The notes below the pieces were generated by a model. The model saw nothing but the letters and a program-made list of their open reading frames with translations, did no database searches and was not told the origin of the DNA. This document shows positions 1 through 9,789 of a stretch of DNA of 32,000 nt, one piece after another (within the stretch, counting starts at the first letter, position 1; each line of letters begins with the position of its first letter). The position numbers and the translations under genes are program-made. Source of the stretch: Aliivibrio fischeri ES114 (lineage in GTDB: Bacteria > Pseudomonadota > Gammaproteobacteria > Enterobacterales > Vibrionaceae); the NCBI RefSeq assembly GCF_000011805.1, contig NC_006842.1. One strand, given 5' to 3'.

Positions 1-1
1 T

Positions 2-88
2 AAACCAGTTTGTAATGACGAAAAGTTCTGTGTCACCTTGATATCTCAATATCCTGACGAAGAAACAGAAAACAACACCATCTTCTAA
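2..88 (+). CDS. C-terminal fragment of an upstream ORF (...KPVCNDEKFCVTLISQYPDEETENNTIF*), unknown function, truncated by window start
   Basis: Open frame from base 2 to TAA at 86-88, immediately upstream of the 98..364 ORF; too short to assign. Confidence 0.4.
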   Translation, partial: KPVCNDEKFCVTLISQYPDEETENNTIF

Positions 89-97
89 AGGCATAAT

Positions 98-364
98 ATG
101 ACTATCCTCAAAGAAAATGAAATTGTGACCATTATCGATGCTGATTACGATGGCTTTTTTAAAGTCATTTCTCCAAAAAACATCACTCAATCGTTAGTGA
201 AAAGCAAAAAATTCATTTTAGTTGCACTGATTGAACCTATTGATATGGATAAATTCAAAGAGTTCTTGTTCAAACAAACGGGCATTGATGCCCGTGATGA
301 TCAAGAAAATGTCCACATATCCATTGAACCACACCGATTACAACTCGCAGAGTCCTTATCTTAA
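98..364 (+). CDS. Hypothetical 88-aa protein
   Basis: ORF with ATG start; lies just before the pilus operon and ends in an intrinsic terminator. Confidence 0.6.
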   Translation: MTILKENEIVTIIDADYDGFFKVISPKNITQSLVKSKKFILVALIEPIDMDKFKEFLFKQTGIDARDDQENVHISIEPHRLQLAESLS

Positions 365-377
365 GGGCTCTTTTTTT
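349..377 (+). terminator. Intrinsic terminator overlapping the stop codon of the 98..364 ORF
   Basis: AGAGTCCTTA-tct-TAAGGGCTCT (10 pairs incl. one T.G) followed by a T run. Confidence 0.75.
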
Positions 378-399
378 ACATCCAAAAAAGGACATCATC

Positions 400-753
400 A
401 TGAAACGATGGTTATTAGCTTTAAGTATGGCTATGACTTTACAAGCCAACGCAGAAACAATGGCCGTTAATATAGACACATTACAAATGCCAGTTCGTAC
501 CATTTTCCCTGCCAATATCACCCATGTTGAGCAAGCCGTTACATGGCTTATTGAACCCATTGGCTATCGTATTCTTACCGATTACCCTGCACCTGAAAGT
601 GCAAAATTACTGTTAGATAGACCTATCCCGATGGCCGCAAAAATGCACCGTACCATGCCATTAGTCGATGCTATCCAATTACTTATCGGGGAAGAAAACA
701 CCATCATCCTTGATAACGAACATCAACTTATTACGTTCTCACGAGGTAACTAA
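400..753 (+). CDS. PilL N-terminal-domain-like protein of type IVb/conjugative pilus
   Basis: Signal peptide; 'HVEQAVTWLIEPIGYRIL...RTMPLVDAIQLLIGEENTIILDNEHQLITF' resembles PilL-N proteins; first gene of the pil cluster. Confidence 0.65.
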   Translation: MKRWLLALSMAMTLQANAETMAVNIDTLQMPVRTIFPANITHVEQAVTWLIEPIGYRILTDYPAPESAKLLLDRPIPMAAKMHRTMPLVDAIQLLIGEENTIILDNEHQLITFSRGN

Positions 754-1484
754 TGCGTAAACAACATCTACTTGCTACGTCATTACTGGTGATATTGTCA
801 GGCTGTGCTTCTGAGCCAGAATATCAGGGAGATGGCGAATATTTTGAATTAACCAATCGCCACGTTATTGAACGTGATCTTTCGGTATTTCGCTCTACAA
901 CCGTCATTAATACCAGTAAAGCGGCTGTCGCTCCAATTACTCAACCAACCAACGATTACTATGAAGCCACCATTAGTCAAGGGGAGGCGTATAACTCAGC
1001 CGTTAAACGTTGGTTAAAGGCAGAAGGATACAGCAATATCGCATGGTCACTCAGCGACAATAATCGAGCGATCCTCTCTTCACCATCCACAAGCGAATTA
1101 ATCTTTTCAGGCAGTTTAAAACAAGCTCTTGTTGAATTATCAGAGCATTTGCACATGCCAATTAACCTTATCGTCGATGAAAAGGCAAAAGTGGCAGGTA
1201 TTTATGATTTTAATGACGATGTGCGCATTACTCATGTTCAAGGCGATTCGTTACGCCAAGTAACCAAACATTTAATTGAAAACTACGGTTTACGTTGGAA
1301 CGACACCGAAGACAGTGCACGCAGTTGGCTTGTTGATACTAACTACCAGTTCAGCGCAGATTATTACATCATCACTCAATACGATGACATCTCCACAGCA
1401 TTAGAAACTGTGCTTGAGGGTTATCCCGTTTACTCCGAAATTCTTGAGTCCACAGGACAAGTATTCATTCAAGAGGAATTATAA
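753..1484 (+). CDS. TcpQ/PilL-C-like pilus biogenesis lipoprotein
   Basis: Lipobox LVILSGC; stop/start overlaps with neighbours; position directly before the secretin. Confidence 0.6.
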   Translation: MRKQHLLATSLLVILSGCASEPEYQGDGEYFELTNRHVIERDLSVFRSTTVINTSKAAVAPITQPTNDYYEATISQGEAYNSAVKRWLKAEGYSNIAWSLSDNNRAILSSPSTSELIFSGSLKQALVELSEHLHMPINLIVDEKAKVAGIYDFNDDVRITHVQGDSLRQVTKHLIENYGLRWNDTEDSARSWLVDTNYQFSADYYIITQYDDISTALETVLEGYPVYSEILESTGQVFIQEEL

Positions 1485-2923
1485 TGCGTAAGTTCTTATA
1501 CGGCTCACTGGCTCTGCTTATGTTATCTGGCTGTGCCTCTCAAGAGTTTAAAGATAACCTCGCGTTTAACGACGCAATACATCAAAGCATCGGGGAGCAA
1601 TCAAACTCGAAGTTGTATAAAAAAGTCAATTTCATTACAAAACCACCTATGGTTGTTACACCAATAGTGGAAAATGTGGATATGGAATGGCTAAAAAAAC
1701 CAAGTAATGTGAACGCCATTGAATTACCACTCTCAGTGGTTCTTGAGCAATTAATGAGTGATGTCAATATCCCGATTTATTTCTCAAAAGACGTTCAACC
1801 AAGTACACCTATCACATTAAATTTTTCATCTTCTCGTCAAGATGTTTTAAATTCACTGTCTAAAGAATCAGGATATGGCATTGAATATAAAAACAACCGA
1901 TTAGAAATATCAAAGTACATTACTCGCGTATTCACGCTTAACATGCCATCAGGAACCATGTCAGGGCAATTAGGCTCACAAGGACAATCGTCCAGTGAAG
2001 ACAGTGCTCGCATTGAAGGGCAATATTTAAATGTTGAATATAAAGATGTACAAATCGTTGATGAAATTGCAGCAAGCTTAGAAAAAGTGCTTGGCGGTGA
2101 TGACATCGCTAAAAAGTCTATCTCGGTATCTCCTGCCTTATCGAGCGTGACCGTCACCGCAACGATTGACCAAATGCAAGACATCGAGTACGTCATTGAC
2201 CATTACAAAAAAGAGTTATCAAAACAAGTCATTCTTGACATCCAAATGATTGAGTTTCGCTCAAATCTTGGAACAGAGCATAGTATCGATTGGAATATCG
2301 TAAAAGATACAGGCAACGGCTTACTTCAATTTTTTGTTCCTGGTACTACAACCATTTCTCAAGGTGCTGGCTATGGTCTTGCCTTCACAGGTAAAGGAAA
2401 ATGGACAGGCACAGAGTCTTTTATCAGAGTACTTGAGCAACAAGGTAGCGTATCAACACAAACCCCAATAACAGCAATGATTTTGAACAATCAGCCTGCA
2501 AAAATTACTCAACAAAATGTCATTCCTTACATTTATGAAGCATCAAGCGAAAGCAGCGAAGGCGTAATAAGTGCCAGTGTGACACGTAAAACAGAAGTTG
2601 AAGGGGTTGATATGATGGTGAACTCCATCATTCAAGATGAATACGTTTCTTTACGCATTTCAGGACAACTGCAAAAGATTTTTAACCGCTCAACGGAAAA
2701 AGTCGGTGATGTGAATCTTGGCATGTTAAGCACACAAAAATCTGAAATCACGTTCGCAAACAAATTGCGTTACGGCCAAACCTTCGTCATTGCCTCAGTA
2801 AAACAAACCTCAAAAACTGCGGAGCAAACAAAAAGTTTTTGGACGGAATTATTTGGGGGCACAGGAACCCGTAATGATACCGTTGAAACACTTGTGTTAC
2901 TGACTCCACGCAAAGGCTACTAA
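1484..2923 (+). CDS. pilN: PilN/BfpB-family lipoprotein secretin of type IVb pilus
   Basis: Lipobox LLMLSGC, STN-like N-terminal region (MNIPIYFSKDVQPSTPITLNF-type) and C-terminal secretin-like segment (TPITAMILNNQPAKI...VETLVLLTPRKGY). Confidence 0.85.
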   Translation: MRKFLYGSLALLMLSGCASQEFKDNLAFNDAIHQSIGEQSNSKLYKKVNFITKPPMVVTPIVENVDMEWLKKPSNVNAIELPLSVVLEQLMSDVNIPIYFSKDVQPSTPITLNFSSSRQDVLNSLSKESGYGIEYKNNRLEISKYITRVFTLNMPSGTMSGQLGSQGQSSSEDSARIEGQYLNVEYKDVQIVDEIAASLEKVLGGDDIAKKSISVSPALSSVTVTATIDQMQDIEYVIDHYKKELSKQVILDIQMIEFRSNLGTEHSIDWNIVKDTGNGLLQFFVPGTTTISQGAGYGLAFTGKGKWTGTESFIRVLEQQGSVSTQTPITAMILNNQPAKITQQNVIPYIYEASSESSEGVISASVTRKTEVEGVDMMVNSIIQDEYVSLRISGQLQKIFNRSTEKVGDVNLGMLSTQKSEITFANKLRYGQTFVIASVKQTSKTAEQTKSFWTELFGGTGTRNDTVETLVLLTPRKGY

Positions 2924-2931
2924 GGAATTTT

Positions 2932-4056
2932 ATGTCAACTCTTTCTTTAGCGACGTTCGTCATTCTGCCATCAGAAAAAGAACTCAAACGACATAGGAAA
3001 TTATATCCTAGTCAATTTGAGCGTATTGTTGAAAATGGCGCCATGCTTCGACGTTATTACTCAATGACTCCTGCTGTACTCTATGGGGAATTTATCAAGC
3101 AACACATTCAACCTCAAAACGACTTCGGTCGTTTTGTTTATATTGAACGCTTAGATGATGAATCCTCTTGGTACGGTGCTGCATTTGAAGACGGTCAATT
3201 ACTGCATGAATACGTTGAATCATTTGAACAACTCATGCAAAACCTTGCTTATGATTGCCATCTGGCCACACATATTTTCACCCCGACAATCTTTGATTCT
3301 ATTTACTCACACAAATTGTCTGTTATTGAAAAGCTAACCGCTTCTCAAGAAACGTATCAATTAGAGCGAATCAATGAGCATCACGCCGAAAAAATCATGG
3401 GAGGATTGATTTTAATCGTGTTGGCACTGTTTATTTCTCTGTACTTATTCATGCCAAAACAAGAGCAACCTGTGAGCTCGAATGAGCCAATCATTGATCC
3501 AACCGCTCAATTTATTCAAAGCTACAACGATAAATTGATTGCATCAAACGTATTAACCAACGCCATTCACTTATTAACAGAAACAGCCTTACTTCCAACA
3601 CCAATGAAAAGTGATGCTGTCACGTTAAGTGGCAATACCTTAATCGCAACGTTAGATAAAAGCACCGTCAACGAGCAAACATGGAAACAGTGGCGAAGCA
3701 ATGACACCACTCTTAACGCTTTATATGTTGAAGCAACAAAAGCATTTACCTTTCCCATTACAAGCATGGCGAAATGGCAACCTTTTGATGTAACGCATTA
3801 TCTTCCAGCGTTTCTTGATGCGCTGAAATTGTTGAATATCACCGTAACAAACCAACAATCCATTCCGCATGGTGACATTACCACTCACTCAATGCTGCTC
3901 ACAATGAAGGGGGAAATAAGCAAAGCCCTGATTTTAAGTGAGCTCATTGATAATCCAGCAATCACAACTAACGCACTAACGTTAACTCGTACTTCAACCG
4001 ATGAAGTTTCATTAACTCTGTCTCTTTCTATACACGGGATCACTTATGGAAACTAA
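2932..4056 (+). CDS. pilO: PilO-like type IVb pilus biogenesis protein
   Basis: Position between pilN and pilP; bitopic with one central TM helix (GGLILIVLALFISLYLFMP). Confidence 0.7.
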   Translation: MSTLSLATFVILPSEKELKRHRKLYPSQFERIVENGAMLRRYYSMTPAVLYGEFIKQHIQPQNDFGRFVYIERLDDESSWYGAAFEDGQLLHEYVESFEQLMQNLAYDCHLATHIFTPTIFDSIYSHKLSVIEKLTASQETYQLERINEHHAEKIMGGLILIVLALFISLYLFMPKQEQPVSSNEPIIDPTAQFIQSYNDKLIASNVLTNAIHLLTETALLPTPMKSDAVTLSGNTLIATLDKSTVNEQTWKQWRSNDTTLNALYVEATKAFTFPITSMAKWQPFDVTHYLPAFLDALKLLNITVTNQQSIPHGDITTHSMLLTMKGEISKALILSELIDNPAITTNALTLTRTSTDEVSLTLSLSIHGITYGN

Positions 4057-4684
4057 GAAAAAAATAACTCTAGGTATTGGCGGTGTCGTCATCATATTGA
4101 TGGGTTCATCAATTGTGATGGATATGTTCAGCAAGCCAACCACGCGAACCGCTCCTGTTACCCCAAAAGCCGTAGTAAGTAACACATCTTCATTTGCGCC
4201 TGAGTCCATTGAAGTAAAAACGGTTCAACCGATTATTCTTGAGCTATCAGATAATGCCAACACGTTATTGAATGCGTTAGATTCAACGTACTTAAGCACC
4301 GTTAATACTCAAGCAAGTGAAGCCAAAATCAAAGAGCTCGAAAAACAAAAGCAACTCGACGATCTTGTGTTTGAGCTCACTTATGGTGAACGCGATGACC
4401 CCGAACCTGAGAAAAACTACTACGTGCAACCTGTAAAAACGGCACCGTCCATTATTGACCGTCTACAAGTAAACAGCATCATTAATGATACGGCTTTTAT
4501 TGATGTGTCTGGTCAAGTTATTCCCGTTAAAAAAGGGGATAACGTTGAAGATGCAAAAATCACTCGCATCACCAAAAACACGGTTGTACTGACTCGTAAC
4601 AATCAGTCATTTACAAAATACATTAAAGCTGCACCAATCAAAGTAGCGATTAAAAAGGAAAGCGAGGATGTTAGATCACAATAA
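4046..4684 (+). CDS. pilP: PilP-like type IVb pilus biogenesis protein
   Basis: N-terminal TM, C-terminal 'VSGQVIPVKKGDNVEDAKITRITKNTVVLTRNNQS' PilP-type repeat; order pilO-pilP-pilQ. Confidence 0.8.
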   Translation: METKKKITLGIGGVVIILMGSSIVMDMFSKPTTRTAPVTPKAVVSNTSSFAPESIEVKTVQPIILELSDNANTLLNALDSTYLSTVNTQASEAKIKELEKQKQLDDLVFELTYGERDDPEPEKNYYVQPVKTAPSIIDRLQVNSIINDTAFIDVSGQVIPVKKGDNVEDAKITRITKNTVVLTRNNQSFTKYIKAAPIKVAIKKESEDVRSQ

Positions 4685-6221
4685 CATCATCCAATCGGAT
4701 GAATTGAAATCCATCTACTTCTTACATCAAGATACGGTAATTACGCACAACGGTGAAATCTTCACCTGTGATTTTGAAAGTCCATCTGTTGATAAAATTG
4801 ATGCATTAATAAAAAAACACCCTGAACTATTGACCGATCCTTTCCGCTCAATAACCGTCAAAAAAATAGAACGTACCGCAATTACTCACATCATTGAAGA
4901 TATGTCGAGCTCAACTCACCATTCTTTAATCGATCATGAGTCCCTCAATGCAGTCGCTGAACGTGCCGTTGAGATATTACAAAATTCAGCAATGCGTGAA
5001 GTGTCCGACATTCACATCGAGTTATACGCGAAACAAACCCGAATTGAAGGCCGAATTGATGGAAGAATGGTGGCATTACAGCCTCCTGTTCCTGAGCACG
5101 AATATGGGAAGTTGTTGTTTGGCTATCTATTTAATGAGCTGGCCGTTGATAAAGACGATGATTTTTATCAAAACAAAATAAACAACGGACGAATTGAAAT
5201 TGATCTCAATACCCCCGATGGATTACGCGAAACGCTTTGGCGAATTGGTTACATTCCAGCCAAAGACAATGGCGGTCAAGCGACACTTAGATGGCTAAAC
5301 AAAAATGAATCAGTTCCCCTACTAGATAACATTGGTTGGGAGACTGGACACGTAAAAATCATGCGTGACTTTTCAAATAGTGCCTCTGGTATTTGTATCC
5401 TTGCTGGACAAACAGGCTCAGGTAAAACTACCACCATTGCCAGTATCATCAATGAGTTAAAAGGAAAAGGCCGATCAATTAACACCTTAGAAGATCCTGT
5501 GGAATTTGACTTGGGAGTTATGCAGTCATCCGTCGTTAGTCAAAACGATGATGAAGATCTGATGTTTAAATACGCGAAAGCCTTACTTCGTCACGATGTA
5601 GACATCGAATCTCACGGTGAAATGCGAGATATGAAAGATGCGATGAACGTTTGTCGTAAAGGGGAAACGGGGCAGATCATGTTTACCACCATGCACACCT
5701 CGTCAGCCATTGGTATTGGACATACATTAAATGAGCAAATGCACGTACCTAGTGCCTTAATTGCTGCACCGAACTTAATGAAGTTATGGATTTACCAAAC
5801 CCTTGTTCGTACTTTATGCCCTCACTGCAACTTATCTCTTGATGACGTTACCCCTCATTTAAATAACGATCAAAAAGAAAAATTAGATAAGTGGCTCACC
5901 GAACGTGACGACCATGTGTTGAAAGCCAATATGCGATTCAAAAATCCATCAGGCTGTGAGCATTGTAACGAAGGTGAAAAAGGCCGAACTACCTTGGTTG
6001 AAATGATCGTTCTGGATGATGAAGACCGTTTATTTATTTCAAATAAAGATTATCTAGGTTGGTCAAAATCCTTATTAAAAAAAGGATTTAAACCAATAAG
6101 TGAACATGCCGCATTGAAAATCAAACGAGGTCAAGTTGATTTATTTACGGCAAATGAGCGAGTCAATGGATTGCTGACGAATAATTCAACCGATGTGTAT
6201 CAACAACTGTGGGATGAATGA
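4668..6221 (+). CDS. pilQ: PilQ type II/IV secretion-family ATPase of type IVb pilus
   Basis: Walker A GQTGSGKTTT, 'EVSDIHIELYAKQTRIEGRIDG', 'MFTTMHTSSAIG', paired CxxC motifs. Confidence 0.93.
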   Translation: MLDHNNIIQSDELKSIYFLHQDTVITHNGEIFTCDFESPSVDKIDALIKKHPELLTDPFRSITVKKIERTAITHIIEDMSSSTHHSLIDHESLNAVAERAVEILQNSAMREVSDIHIELYAKQTRIEGRIDGRMVALQPPVPEHEYGKLLFGYLFNELAVDKDDDFYQNKINNGRIEIDLNTPDGLRETLWRIGYIPAKDNGGQATLRWLNKNESVPLLDNIGWETGHVKIMRDFSNSASGICILAGQTGSGKTTTIASIINELKGKGRSINTLEDPVEFDLGVMQSSVVSQNDDEDLMFKYAKALLRHDVDIESHGEMRDMKDAMNVCRKGETGQIMFTTMHTSSAIGIGHTLNEQMHVPSALIAAPNLMKLWIYQTLVRTLCPHCNLSLDDVTPHLNNDQKEKLDKWLTERDDHVLKANMRFKNPSGCEHCNEGEKGRTTLVEMIVLDDEDRLFISNKDYLGWSKSLLKKGFKPISEHAALKIKRGQVDLFTANERVNGLLTNNSTDVYQQLWDE

Positions 6222-7237
6222 TGGCTAAATCAATACCAAAATTAAAGCAAGTCGCTTTACTGGAGAAAATCGCTCAGCTATCAAAAGCGGGTATCCATCA
6301 ACGTAATATTGCAGTGCAACTCAGTAAATACGGGCATGGTGTTGAAAAAGAAATAGGTCAATCATGCCTTGATGCGATTGGCTCTGGACAATCTTTTTCT
6401 CATGGATTAGAGCACTGGATAAGCATAAACGCTTATCAAAGCTTATCCAGTGGGGAAGCGGTTGGTGAGTTCGTTCGCGGTGTACAAGAGGCGATTGAAG
6501 CACTTAATGTTGATGAAGCCAGTACTGGCGCATTATTCAAAGTACTCATTAAACCCATTGGAGGGTTAGGAGCCATACTCGGTATCAGTGCCCTACTCTC
6601 TAAATACGCTTACCCTTCATTATTAAAACAATTACCTATCCATCGTTGGGGCGGATTATCCCAATTCTCTTACGATTTTGGTTTATTTTGGCTCAACTAC
6701 GGTGTTGTGGTCATTGTTTTAACTATTGGCTTAATAGGGTTTGTTGCTCTTACCATTTCAAAAAACGGTAACTATCGAAAAGCATTCGATAACTTGCCTT
6801 TCTATAAACAATATCGACTGATACAAAGCGCGAACTTGCTTTCGTCTATTGCTCACCAAACCTTGGTTGGCAAGAGTTTGAAAAAATCACTATTGCACTA
6901 CCAAAAATCAAGCTCTGCGTATTTATCGGCTCATATTCAAACCATGCTAAACACGTTAGGAGGAGGTAAATCCAACGTAGGTGATATTTTTAACTCAGGT
7001 CTACTTCTTGATGAAGAGCACAGCACCTTAGTACTCCTTGGTGAAATAGGAAAAACACCAGAAACCTTGTACAAAAGCGCGCTCATTCATCGTGCAAAAT
7101 TACTTACTGACGTTAATCGTCTAAAAACATGGGGCGACAACATCATCAAAATTGGCGTAGGGCTTATTGCTTTCGTTGTTATTGGTGGTCTTCTTAGCCT
7201 TATCTTCAACATTGCCATGAATCAAGGGGCATTTTAA
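6218..7237 (+). CDS. pilR: PilR/type II secretion F-family inner membrane protein
   Basis: Polytopic GspF-like protein; ATG overlaps pilQ stop. Confidence 0.85.
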   Translation: MMAKSIPKLKQVALLEKIAQLSKAGIHQRNIAVQLSKYGHGVEKEIGQSCLDAIGSGQSFSHGLEHWISINAYQSLSSGEAVGEFVRGVQEAIEALNVDEASTGALFKVLIKPIGGLGAILGISALLSKYAYPSLLKQLPIHRWGGLSQFSYDFGLFWLNYGVVVIVLTIGLIGFVALTISKNGNYRKAFDNLPFYKQYRLIQSANLLSSIAHQTLVGKSLKKSLLHYQKSSSAYLSAHIQTMLNTLGGGKSNVGDIFNSGLLLDEEHSTLVLLGEIGKTPETLYKSALIHRAKLLTDVNRLKTWGDNIIKIGVGLIAFVVIGGLLSLIFNIAMNQGAF

Positions 7238-7732
7238 ATGACAACTTTTTCAACTGCTAAAAAACGTAATAAAAAACAACTTGGTGCTTTAAGTATCGAT
7301 GGAATGATTTACACCAGTGCCATTATTATCAGCGTACTGTTTGTTATGTCTAAAGGACCAGCACTTTGGTATAAAATTAACACCGCAAGATTTTCAGCTC
7401 AAGCCTCTGAAATTGTTCAAGCAACTCAAGGGCGAGCAAACCTAGCAACCTTAACCATTGCAAAACTGTGTGCTCGTGATGCACTAGATAAAGGCATTTG
7501 TGGTACAGCAAATGACGGTCGTGGTACGAACCCATTTGGTGGCGATTGGATTTTATCGGGTAATGCTAGCTCTTCTGCACTTATTGATTTAACCGCTACG
7601 CTACCAAATGATCAAAACAGAGTATTAGATCTTGCGGACTTAATGGCACCAACAACTCGTTCTGGATGTACCGAAGCAACAGGCTGTTCAACCATTAAAA
7701 CAACCGCAGACTCTGTTGTAATGACTTACTAA
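7238..7732 (+). CDS. pilS: PilS-like type IVb major prepilin
   Basis: KKQLG|ALSIDGMIYTSAIIISVLFV prepilin-like leader plus hydrophobic helix, Cys pair near the C-terminus; follows pilR. Confidence 0.75.
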   Translation: MTTFSTAKKRNKKQLGALSIDGMIYTSAIIISVLFVMSKGPALWYKINTARFSAQASEIVQATQGRANLATLTIAKLCARDALDKGICGTANDGRGTNPFGGDWILSGNASSSALIDLTATLPNDQNRVLDLADLMAPTTRSGCTEATGCSTIKTTADSVVMTY

Positions 7733-7734
7733 TC

Positions 7735-8214
7735 ATGCGTCACCAACGCGGATCATTTAGCGTTGGATTACTTCAATACCTTTCAATATCCCTCATTATT
7801 CTGGTGTTCTTCACTAGCTCATTACTTAATGTCTTGTCTGATATGCGCCTTGCAAAAGAGATTCATGTATCAGTTCAAGAAATAAGGCAAAAAAGCGCGT
7901 TGCACTACGCAAACCAAGTATTGCAAAGTCGCTGTTTGCCTCAAACCACATTAACAATGGCGTTAATTGGAATACCAGATAATGACGGGTTGGCTAAGTA
8001 TGATGTTAAGTACATTCAACGAGCGCAACCCAATAGCGCACCCTCTGGAATAGAGATCCGTGCAACCTTACACGATAAAGAAATGGTTGAACGTGTTGCA
8101 CGATTGCTATCCCCAACTCAACAAAACAACGACACCTTTATTTTTCATTTTCCATTAAGAAATCAGTTACATGATTGGCAACAATTAAATGTAAATAACG
8201 GGTGTATCAAATAA
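7735..8214 (+). CDS. Minor pseudopilin-like protein of the pil operon
   Basis: RHQRG|SFSVGLLQYLSISLIILVFF N-terminus; two Cys; embedded between pilS and pilV-like gene. Confidence 0.55.
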   Translation: MRHQRGSFSVGLLQYLSISLIILVFFTSSLLNVLSDMRLAKEIHVSVQEIRQKSALHYANQVLQSRCLPQTTLTMALIGIPDNDGLAKYDVKYIQRAQPNSAPSGIEIRATLHDKEMVERVARLLSPTQQNNDTFIFHFPLRNQLHDWQQLNVNNGCIK

Positions 8215-8224
8215 GGAAACCAAA

Positions 8225-9181
8225 TTGAAAAAACAACGAGGCTTTGCTTCCATTGTTTCGTTACTTATTGTTACTGCCGCTTTAATCATTGGTATTCAAC
8301 AATGGTCTGCGTACAAAACAAAGCAACGCATCATAGCAACCAGTGAATCTTTTTATAACCGTGTGTTATTTATCAATGAACAATTTCATGCGTTCGCCCA
8401 CGATAAATACTTATCTGGTGTAGGCATTAACACACAACATATTTTCCCATTCAAATTTATCGACTTAGAAGGAGATTATCTACCTACATGCTCAAATGAA
8501 GACAATCAGAAAGGGTACTGTTTTAAATACAATCAAACGCCTTGGGGGGAAATAGCAGAGAAAGATTACGTTGTTGTTCCCGTTCCTAATGCTATTAGTC
8601 CTACCCACTATCGAGCTGAACTTACGCTGACATTGCCTGATAAAAACAATGATGCATTGAAGTTTGATAGAGAGGCCACGATCCAATTATTCGCTCAACT
8701 TCCTAACATCACTTATGACGAGGTAAAAAACCAAATTGTTTTACGTATTGAACGTCCAGATAAAGCACTGGCTTATGATTCATTAGTAAAACGAAGCGGT
8801 GATGATTCAACGTTATTAGGCGATTGGGATACAGGAGGCAACCACGCCATAACCAACGCAAAAGACTACACAATCAGAAATAGCGACGGGAGTCAGCAAT
8901 TAGTCAGTACAGGGTTAGTCAAAATCTTTCAGGTTAAACACGGGGATTTTATAGATAAACCCAAATGTCCTGAGAACCAGCAACCCGATCTAACTTTAAG
9001 TCTTCACACTGTCATTATCTCCAACAAATACACCTTAACAGGCAGTATTAAGCCTTTCAGGTTGTCAGAAACCGCCACCCAATGGCAAGCAGGACTACAA
9101 GTTAGAGTAGTTCTAAATTCAACAGGTAAAGCAGACAAAATAACCACTGGAATTATGACTGCTTTTGTTCAATGTAAATAA
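8225..9181 (+). CDS. PilV-like minor/tip pilin (TTG start)
   Basis: KKQRG|FASIVSLLIVTAALIIG prepilin-like N-terminus; larger protein at the end of the pil operon. Confidence 0.6.
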   Translation: MKKQRGFASIVSLLIVTAALIIGIQQWSAYKTKQRIIATSESFYNRVLFINEQFHAFAHDKYLSGVGINTQHIFPFKFIDLEGDYLPTCSNEDNQKGYCFKYNQTPWGEIAEKDYVVVPVPNAISPTHYRAELTLTLPDKNNDALKFDREATIQLFAQLPNITYDEVKNQIVLRIERPDKALAYDSLVKRSGDDSTLLGDWDTGGNHAITNAKDYTIRNSDGSQQLVSTGLVKIFQVKHGDFIDKPKCPENQQPDLTLSLHTVIISNKYTLTGSIKPFRLSETATQWQAGLQVRVVLNSTGKADKITTGIMTAFVQCK

Positions 9182-9194
9182 AAAAGGAAAGACC

Positions 9195-9617
9195 ATGAAA
9201 ATGAAGAAAACACTCTTAGCTACCGTATTATTCGGATGCGTATTAAGCGGCTCAGTATTTGCGGAAAAAGTAACGTATGACAAAGCCGTTGCCGATGCAC
9301 AAGCTTACCACGACTCATTACCTCAGTATGAAAACGCTATTGAGGGTTTAGGGCCAGATGAAACGGGTAGCACAACCGCTGGTGCAAACCAGATGGGGAA
9401 ATGGGTAAATCTTGGTGCATCCAGCATAAAAAGCGCGGGAGCTTATACCACTATGCTTGCACCTAGTGCCATTGGTAAATCCTGTATAAAAGGGGACAGA
9501 GGATGGATCTCCAAAACACGCGAAGAATGTATTATTTTTAATGGTGGTAGCACATCATGTAGAAAATACCGAACGGAGCTAGACGCTGAAAACGGTTACA
9601 AAGCGGAATGCCGCTAA
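9195..9617 (+). CDS. Small secreted protein of unknown function
   Basis: Sec signal peptide MKMKKTLLATVLFGCVLSGSVFA; ATG at 9195 preferred over track start 9165; followed by terminator. Confidence 0.65.
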   Translation: MKMKKTLLATVLFGCVLSGSVFAEKVTYDKAVADAQAYHDSLPQYENAIEGLGPDETGSTTAGANQMGKWVNLGASSIKSAGAYTTMLAPSAIGKSCIKGDRGWISKTREECIIFNGGSTSCRKYRTELDAENGYKAECR

Positions 9618-9634
9618 TAACTAATAGTTAATTT

Positions 9635-9658
9635 AAGGAGGAGTTACTCCTCCTTTTT
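9635..9658 (+). terminator. Intrinsic terminator ending the pil operon
   Basis: AAGGAGGAG-tta-CTCCTCCTT followed by a T-rich tail. Confidence 0.85.
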
Positions 9659-9789
9659 GGTATATAACATTTGATCATAAACACCCTTTTCTTAGACCAA
9701 AAGATCATATTTAATTTAAATAAAAAACAGATACTTAAGTTATTTTTAATAGTATAATCAAACCTATAAATTGAATAGGAATTATAACA

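Noticed and set aside
1837-2196. 119-codon minus-strand ORF
   Set aside because: Fully antisense to the well-supported pilN secretin; no protein-like features or own regulatory context
9730-9760. Possible sigma70 promoter for the protease (TATAAT at 9753-9758)
   Set aside because: The -10 hexamer is perfect but no acceptable -35 at 16-18 bp; very AT-rich region makes this weak evidence
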